Positions 29,001-33,559 of a stretch of 33,559 nucleotides of DNA are shown in pieces; the stretch's first letter is position 1, and each line of letters begins with the position of its first letter. The notes below the pieces were generated by a model. The model made no database searches. It saw only the letters and a list, made by a program, of their open reading frames with translations, and was not told where the DNA came from. Origin of the DNA: a virus (taxonomy: Duplodnaviria; Caudoviricetes); IMG/VR virus record IMGVR_UViG_3300021962_000362, positions 1 through 33,559 of that record; one strand, given 5' to 3'. The position numbers and the translations under genes are program-made.

Positions 29001-32000
29001 CGCTTCATTGGGGCGAGTCAGTGGGTTGATAAGGACGGCAAAGCTAAGGTCTTCTATCACGCAACCGCAGGGGAGTTCTTTGAGTTCACCCCCGCAGGAA
29101 GCTCTCAGGCTATCTTTCTAGCAGAGACACCGGAAGAAGCAGAGACCTTCGGCAGCGTTGCCGAGGACAGGGTTCGCCGCCAAATCTATAAAGCTTTAAA
29201 CAAAGACGAAAAGCAAGATTTGTTTATGCGAGTTTTGGCTGGTGCCGTCGAGAAGGGTACGGTCTCGGATAAACAAGCCGAAGAGTTTATCCGCTCGTTT
29301 AAACGCAAAACCCCTGAGTACGGCGACTTTGGAGATATTGAGCAGGAAACCTATGACGCCCTGTTAGACCTGTCTCCAAGCAAGATGACCATCATGCCTC
29401 TGTACGCCCGTGCAGAGACACCGTTTGACTTTGAGAACCAAGATCATGTTCGGGATGTCATTAACTGGGTAGCCAACAACGGCGACATTGATAAAGACAA
29501 TCCTGAGAAGTGGCTGGCTAACCTGACAGGACGGATTAAACAGGGTTCTTGGCAGGCTATCGAGAACAAGGATGTCCAGCGTGGTATCCGTGCTATGGGG
29601 CATGACGGTTTTACCATCCGGGAGAACAAAGCTTCCCCCAAGAACTATGCGGTCTACCAGCCCAATCAGCTTAAATCAGTTACCGGAAATGATGGTCAAT
29701 TCAGCCTTGAGACCGGAGACATCAGGTACAGCTTAAAGCCCCTGCCAGCACTTAGCAAAGCAGAGACTCAGCGTTTAAACGAAGTTGCCACCAAGCGACT
29801 GGACGAAGGTTGGGTTAAGCGACTAACCACCTCCCTTGGACCGGAGCCATTCTCCTACATCCGACAAAAGCTTATCAACCGCTACCAGCGTCTTGCCGAT
29901 TTGGATAAGGCTTACAGGGAATGGCTGCGTCAGAACGGCGGGGCAGAGATGCTTGCCGATCAAAGCGCAGAAAATGCAGCCCTGATGTCAGACCTCTCGT
30001 CAGGCGTTATGGCTGCGGCTATGGGTGCGGGCAATCGTAAGGGCGGTATCCCAGTCTACAAGAACGGCATCACCACCATCGACACCAGCGTCAAGGGTCT
30101 TGTTCAGGCGTTGATGCCCTTGGCTGAGAAGGGCAACCCTGAGATTTACCAGCGTTATCAGTTCTGGGCTGGGTGGAAACGCGCCCGCAGGATGCTGAAA
30201 GAAGGAAGGGAAAAGCTTTACGAACCTCAAGACGCAGCACTAGCTCAAAAGTTTGAGCAGATGCATCCTGAGTTTAAACAGGTGTACGACGACCTGAATA
30301 AGTTCAACGACGGGCTGGTTAAATACGCAGTTCAAACCGGGGTTCTGAGCAAAGAGCGGGGCGATCTGTACATGAAGTACGGAGACTACATCCCCTTCTA
30401 CCGTCAGCTTGATCTTGATCAGACTATCGGTCCGAACGTGTTCCACGGTCTGGCTGGCGTTAAGGGTCCAACAGAACTGAAGGGTGGTGAGTCTGGTTTG
30501 GCTGACTTCCTTGAGACGATGGTCAGGAACACCCAGTCCATGATCAACGCCGGTATGAAGAATGCCGCCGCTCAGGTTGCTACCCGCAATGCTATGCAGA
30601 TCAAGATGGTGCAGCGTCTGGCTGGACCTCCGCTTGGGTCATACAAGGATGATATTTATAGTCAGCTTGAGAACGGGCAGCAGGTGTTCTACCGCAGCCA
30701 TGACAAGCTTTACATAGACGCCGTCAAGAGTTTAAACATCCCGGAGATTCCATTCCTCGGGTTCTTGTCCGGTCCAGCAAATCTGCTTCGTAATCTGGTT
30801 ACCAAAGAACCCGGATTTATGATGGCTAACTTGCTGCGGGACTCTCTGTCAGCCTATGTGACTAGCGGCGCTAACATGACCCCCGTCATTGGGTCTGCGG
30901 TTAACTTTGCCAAGGGTCTTACCACCGGCTCCCCGGGCATGGAAGCCCTGTTTAACTCGGGCTTGCTTGGTGGATACGAGTTTAGCCACAACATTGAGCG
31001 TTCTGGGAAACACCTGTCCAATGAGTTGGCACGTAAGTCAAAGACAGACGCTGCTGCTCTTCGACCGTTTAAATCGCTATGGGAAGGGCTTGAGCGTGGT
31101 ACTACCGCCTCTGACGCAGCCACCCGGGTAGCTATCTACGAACGGGTTCTTGCCGAAACAGGCAATGAGGCTGAGGCTCTGTCCCGTGCGATGGAGGTGA
31201 TGAACTTCAACCGCAAGGGTAACTCTGCGCTGATCCGCATACTGACCGCAGCGGTGCCATTCTTCAACGCCCGTTTACAGGGTCTGGATGTGTTCTACCG
31301 GGCATCTACCGGACAGATGAACACCAAAGATGCCAAGGAAATCCAGCGCAGGTTCTGGATTCGGGGCGCAACAATGGCTGCTCTGTCTGTCATGTATTAC
31401 ATGGCAGCATCAGATGATGATGAGTACAAGAAACAGGAAGCAGAAACCAAGGATAACAACTGGATTGTTCCTTCCTTGGGCATCAAGGTTCCAATCCCAT
31501 TCGAGGTCGGTACTGTGTTTAAAACGATGCCTGAGCGCATCTACGCCGTCACCCTCGGAGATGACACAGCCAAGGACTTCACCGACTCCATGAAGAGGGC
31601 TTTGCTGAGTACCTTGGGATTCAACCCAACTCCTCAGACCTTCAAGCCAATCTTGGAGGCGGCAACAAACTTCAACTTCTTCACTTGGAGACCAATTGTC
31701 GGCAAGGGCATGGAGGGTGTAGCTCCGGAGTACCAAATCGGTCCCGGAACATCCAAGGGCGCAGAATATCTCGGACAACTACTTGGAATGTCCCCTCTGG
31801 TAATTGACCACATATGGAAGGGCTACACGGGAACCCTCGGTCAATACATAACAGACGTTGCGGATTCTATGTTGAGTCAAAACGATGATAGTCCAAAGGC
31901 ATCCAAGCGGTTTGAGCAAATGCCAATCATCAAGAGATTTGCCCTTGATCCTGCCGCCCGTGGCAGTGTCACTGAGTACTATCAGCTTAAAGACGCAGTA

Positions 32001-32279
32001 GACACCACAGTCAGAACCATGAACCTTCTGGAGAAGACGGCAAGACCCGAAGACTTTGCCAAGTATGTCCAGAAGAACGCAGGTTACCTAGTAGCTAAAG
32101 ACTACGTCAGAGACCTAGACAAAACTATGAAGGAACTGCGGGAAATGCGTGGCATGATTCAGACGGCAAACATGACCGCAGATGAAAAGCGTGATGCATT
32201 GCTGGCAATCAATCAGGCTGAATCAAACCTGACAAGCAATGTGCATACCGTCAAGGTAATGATCAGCCAACTGAAATGA
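23082..32279 (+). CDS. giant polyvalent (probably virion-injected) protein: membrane-like N-terminus, zincin metallopeptidase, ART-PolyVal-like domains, glycosylase-like domain, C-terminal LPD38-like domain
   Basis: HEAMH...EEAIAD; three copies of FKxWFG/FIG...YH[GA]T...P[VL]Y...[NT]P...D[GA]...Q[IL]KS.TGN; C-terminal KDNNW...KVPIPFEVG..FK..PER. Confidence 0.85.
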   Translation: MPVFEVTAPDGRIYEVNGPEGSTAEQAIEYAQKYLAQKTSAFKPSTPNFSRMTTAELEAMPSAPSSLSDIAKSMGIGVVGAGKALTDVFGAGSDLSQYLGETAESLQKGLSPARQAEIAKRQEMVKRAEASGNVFKEIGTQLGGVFEAPLQSASQAVGSSVPSIAAAVATIPLGAPAALATGVGVISRAALGAAQGVGEYKGSVFDAVKQAYKDKGYNDKQAEELAIRAQEYSQNKALELGGSALLGALDSLTGMESGVKKALKKAGKDKITKEAMDEAIGALPEKAIAKPGLLKSAAISAAGEAPVEGAQGGFGQYAENLALIREGLMDPEQAMKGVYGAAARDAAVGALAGTAFTPFTQSARRSDYLLDQAVRQEKASREEEQFQKDISLNEQELPLGYQMQREELGLATVPSGYNIVAAGQDTPLATYATEDEAQSKIELMQQMRGEESASLLAEIEKNGADLKKDQDRLIYLEATGQGKSPEAQTLRENIPVKQSQVDDLSGGIYQRVSDLQAPISVVPGAPTEVMQEQFHITAPDATRFGTFKTVQEARSALQQQIGEEPFKQMQSRKVADAFIKTKLLPQLQKFGLGNVGLQIEQDMEAGGSYSSSLIKLAMDHDNPLSYMPTMRHEAMHALKNLGFFSPQQMKALEQKAEKEWVDTYLKGQNATYEGQTMSRYDAYIQIFTKEAQEKGLSGKDLDNYVKESILEEAIADAFGSYEKGATPPPGMIAALYKKIKNFFANFKQAMQGAGFESADDIFQSIERGQLKPTKAAAAEEKLSLKSPETPEFKQWFGDSKVVDEDGKPLVVYHGTNKKFTVFEGDTGYYTTKNIEDAEGYSMQRHRKFKLLGEQGRKDDLFDKIGEAITKAKSRVMPVYVKMDNPLYIKKGQVGVHVKLTPEDIKEFKSQGYDGIIYNDGEEIVAFDANQIKSATGNIGTYSKESPDIRYSLPPGSDVGHKREISSGRYVGAPDWVGSSPQQLSNLRKKLSRLAKEGENGRYWYENSSKAILDMVGGDKKEAEKIVGLIAIYSPNATVPANTSMALNAYYQYKTGQPINAGFTDADTKAEDLLRHGKEWSGIKTNSFYQNLMVGIDPSKLDPGVATMDMWMALAFDYGMKTLDQGPKYKFAEREIQRLAKELGWDAHQVQAAIWTAMKGRIEPIRDALKAKELEIGIGEMYSKDGKQLYRVKPSRRYDHFRLAHQMGMDYNLRPDDIDQAKYDFSNAINDRSAQMSWEATPGKSTGILPGLHNASTPRKFEYLEAISDALKNKNGGDKIAEKIGMPSGKTIFGFSAWQGDIGAGAQTFMGVALQGQKDKRDLSPEARNLINLYSAIKGYALSQESVVWHVPSYDGAIKNQNGIQGNFNRSLTEEEMETLYTGLHEKFGTWDIAPGYIPDGFRLLNFTDISNKEFHKGVESVLSKLPSDFGGGMLNFVAYRSIGDYIGNDWKTSPRGEDYESIIKSTAAKVGIKDPSDLFKWATNLRSDIEAVNQSFSEKYKWGSPSIKLSLRSDELRQRPSPRGGVVLGEKQQGAVSYTAAHYGNARVDELDASKYGTGLRGAERRRLADSVDPRIRKRAYFYIQKEDGTTPTPEAGVGQYVYTQQFDNILPPGPEMSQLFKDAQGDSNQFESNVIDAGYDGYASPSMGMLVILNHNVPVNYVGPRAEVGVQKLSLKAPTTPEFKRWFGDSKVVEPFDPALKREGMEYEGRLFGGGYSGDRLKTAAKDAPIRKMIAQARIRYNNIREELGLPEVTDWTTKPDYLVQRFNGKPMVMYHGTFQGTDEGGMTIPKTRGNRNAFFVSPDADFASKYALNDLDWYPEKGFGKVPEGAHVYPVYISAKNPFDYENDSHTLKIIPQFRKILREEERHNKNQIEKLIDDFRSGDWSAIEWANNYDLFEKNGFDAFYTKEQGRKNLGVFRPQQIKSATGNLGTYNKESPDIRYSLKNVGFPSVKAAKEAVAKTSVPETSAFKRFIGASQWVDKDGKAKVFYHATAGEFFEFTPAGSSQAIFLAETPEEAETFGSVAEDRVRRQIYKALNKDEKQDLFMRVLAGAVEKGTVSDKQAEEFIRSFKRKTPEYGDFGDIEQETYDALLDLSPSKMTIMPLYARAETPFDFENQDHVRDVINWVANNGDIDKDNPEKWLANLTGRIKQGSWQAIENKDVQRGIRAMGHDGFTIRENKASPKNYAVYQPNQLKSVTGNDGQFSLETGDIRYSLKPLPALSKAETQRLNEVATKRLDEGWVKRLTTSLGPEPFSYIRQKLINRYQRLADLDKAYREWLRQNGGAEMLADQSAENAALMSDLSSGVMAAAMGAGNRKGGIPVYKNGITTIDTSVKGLVQALMPLAEKGNPEIYQRYQFWAGWKRARRMLKEGREKLYEPQDAALAQKFEQMHPEFKQVYDDLNKFNDGLVKYAVQTGVLSKERGDLYMKYGDYIPFYRQLDLDQTIGPNVFHGLAGVKGPTELKGGESGLADFLETMVRNTQSMINAGMKNAAAQVATRNAMQIKMVQRLAGPPLGSYKDDIYSQLENGQQVFYRSHDKLYIDAVKSLNIPEIPFLGFLSGPANLLRNLVTKEPGFMMANLLRDSLSAYVTSGANMTPVIGSAVNFAKGLTTGSPGMEALFNSGLLGGYEFSHNIERSGKHLSNELARKSKTDAAALRPFKSLWEGLERGTTASDAATRVAIYERVLAETGNEAEALSRAMEVMNFNRKGNSALIRILTAAVPFFNARLQGLDVFYRASTGQMNTKDAKEIQRRFWIRGATMAALSVMYYMAASDDDEYKKQEAETKDNNWIVPSLGIKVPIPFEVGTVFKTMPERIYAVTLGDDTAKDFTDSMKRALLSTLGFNPTPQTFKPILEAATNFNFFTWRPIVGKGMEGVAPEYQIGPGTSKGAEYLGQLLGMSPLVIDHIWKGYTGTLGQYITDVADSMLSQNDDSPKASKRFEQMPIIKRFALDPAARGSVTEYYQLKDAVDTTVRTMNLLEKTARPEDFAKYVQKNAGYLVAKDYVRDLDKTMKELREMRGMIQTANMTADEKRDALLAINQAESNLTSNVHTVKVMISQLK
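25422..29738 (+). repeat. repeated ART-like cassettes with conserved termini inside the giant ORF
   Basis: KLSLKxPxTPEFKxWFGDSKVV at 25422 and 28098; QIKSATGNxGTYxKESPDIRYSL ending near 25937 and 28919; QLKSVTGN...DIRYSL ending near 29735. Confidence 0.9.
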
Positions 32280-32553
32280 TGCCCTGATCGAAGAGCCAGC
32301 CCACTGTCCGCCGGTGGGCTTCTTCCCATGCGTTTAAACGCTCCTCCCGGCTCATCTGGTGACCCTGATCTATTTCATGGTGGCATTTAAAGCAGAGGGC
32401 GGCGATGCGATAGTCATGGGCTTTAATCCCTCTACCCTTCCCGTCCCTCTGTTGGTTTGAGTGGGCGGCAACCACAGTGCCATCCTGACGGGCGCAGATC
32501 ATACATGGGGCTTCTCGTACAGCCTCAAGTAGCTTGGTATTGCGGTAGTTCAA
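32263..32553 (-). CDS. Zn-binding putative nuclease, DUF1364/YbcO-like
   Basis: PCMIC...TVVAAHSN...GKGRGIK..D...AALCFKCHHEID; start moved to TTG 32553 (MNYRNTKLLEAVR), exact start uncertain. Confidence 0.75.
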   Translation of the reverse strand: MNYRNTKLLEAVREAPCMICARQDGTVVAAHSNQQRDGKGRGIKAHDYRIAALCFKCHHEIDQGHQMSREERLNAWEEAHRRTVGWLFDQGIISVG

Positions 32554-33094
32554 TTGCTTCGTTAAATTTAGAGATGTCAGACAGATACTTCTCGTCAAGA
32601 CAATACCGATCACCATACCCAAAATTTTTGGTTTCTACAAACTTGTTAAACTTTTTCCTGCTTGTAAAGCCATGTATTCTGACTACACATGCATGCTGAA
32701 TTGAGCAATATATAGCCCAGTCAGTAGAAAAATCCTTCATATTTGTAAATATTAAATACCTTGGTAACTGTACCTTATAGTAGGAGCTTGTTTTTATTTG
32801 AACAGTTTGGTCTTTATAGGTGAGATCAATATTGCCATCACCGCCTATAGTTATGTCTCTACGAAAAGGCACATTTAAATATTTACATACAGCAATTTCA
32901 CCAAGCATGCCAACATAATGAATCAAGAAATCGCTCTGCCCGCATATCTTTCTGTTGGTTACTTCTTTGTTCTTTATCTGAACAGATTTAACACCTTGCA
33001 TTAAACTCGCATAATAAGATGCATTTATTAGATCGTATCCATCCAACTCAACATCAATACCTTCATCTGTAACGTTTATAGCTTCACTGTCCAT
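32525..33094 (-). CDS. putative PD-(D/E)XK-fold protein
   Basis: G.LGE.AV..YL...GDG.IDL......QIKTS; AT-rich relative to neighbours. Confidence 0.55.
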   Translation of the reverse strand: MDSEAINVTDEGIDVELDGYDLINASYYASLMQGVKSVQIKNKEVTNRKICGQSDFLIHYVGMLGEIAVCKYLNVPFRRDITIGGDGNIDLTYKDQTVQIKTSSYYKVQLPRYLIFTNMKDFSTDWAIYCSIQHACVVRIHGFTSRKKFNKFVETKNFGYGDRYCLDEKYLSDISKFNEAIELPQYQAT

Positions 33095-33115
33095 TACATC
33101 CCCTTGAAACCTAAT

Positions 33116-33307
33116 TTATAACAAAGCATCATCACCCTCTGGATAGGTTCTTAGGTTAAGCTGCTTGAGTGCGCTGCCGGTTGCTCGTTTAAATGGGTTC
33201 CATTCGTTCCAATCAATCGGATACGCTTTCGCAGAGCTTTCAGTACGTCTCGTAGCTTTGGCTCGTGTTCGTGTTTCTTGATTAGGTTTTCCACTAGCTT
33301 TAGGCAT
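33116..33307 (-). CDS. small basic hypothetical protein
   Basis: GGAG RBS upstream on the minus strand; fits between neighbours. Confidence 0.65.
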   Translation of the reverse strand: MPKASGKPNQETRTRAKATRRTESSAKAYPIDWNEWNPFKRATGSALKQLNLRTYPEGDDALL

Positions 33308-33320
33308 TGCTCTTTCTCCG

Positions 33321-33557
33321 TCATTTCTTCTTGCCTCTTGCTTTCATAAACAGTTGGATCGGGGCACTCTTCGGTGTATTCAAAACCACCTCACCCTTCT
33401 TGAACTGTCTACCCTTCTTGGCGTTCTCAATTCCTTGGACAACCCTGCCCATATGCCGAACCATTTCTTCGGACACGCCGAACCGAACCTGCCGCCAGTT
33501 AAAGGCGTTGTTGGTTGACTTAACAATGTCTGTTCCGGGCCAGTACTTAGGTTTATT
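33321..33557 (-). CDS. partial hypothetical protein (5' end outside the window)
   Basis: Hand translation is open from the window edge: NKPKYWPGTDIVKSTNNAFNWRQ...MKARGKKK*. Confidence 0.65.
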   Translation of the reverse strand, partial: NKPKYWPGTDIVKSTNNAFNWRQVRFGVSEEMVRHMGRVVQGIENAKKGRQFKKGEVVLNTPKSAPIQLFMKARGKKK

Positions 33558-33559
33558 TT

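Noticed and set aside
238-31778. Many minus-strand and alternate-frame ORFs in the track (e.g. 3224-3784, 3700-3981, 6852-7244, 11549-12049, 22348-22899)
   Set aside because: They lie within a fully tiled, overlap-coupled + strand gene set, have no recognisable motifs and mirror the sense-strand codon bias
1-33559. Stop-codon reassignment
   Set aside because: Standard code gives full-length genes; TAA, TGA and TAG all end genes at sensible boundaries
1-33559. Enrichment of GTAAAC/GTTTAC as part of the GTTTAAAC signal
   Set aside because: A rough count of about 16 matches the random expectation for two hexamers

Overview
Virion-morphogenesis and lysis region of a tailed dsDNA phage (or prophage) with a P22/T7-like short-tail gene layout, probably infecting a Gram-negative host. 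Positions 12-32279 are a nearly continuous, translationally coupled + strand block. In order it encodes small basic proteins, two adaptor-like proteins, tail and fibre proteins interleaved with cupin and 2OG-Fe(II) oxygenase genes, a holin and GH24 endolysin, a gp10-like nozzle, two ejection-type proteins flanking a GNAT gene, and a 3065-aa polyvalent protein. A convergent - strand block of small nuclease-like genes starts at 32263. No rRNA, tRNA, CRISPR, integrase or transposase was seen. The most interesting signals are: (1) the giant protein looks like a polyprotein, with an HEXXH metallopeptidase followed by effector cassettes (four ADP-ribosyltransferase-like, one glycosylase-like) each bounded by a [KR][LY]SL[KRP] motif; (2) a second motif, [MFY]-x-x-GG, punctuates the small basic proteins and both ejection proteins; (3) that motif brackets a signal-peptide-less, outer-membrane-type beta-barrel segment ending in a BAM-like beta-signal; (4) GTTTAAAC is strongly enriched and CCWGG appears to be avoided. 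All family calls come from motif recognition by eye, not database searches.
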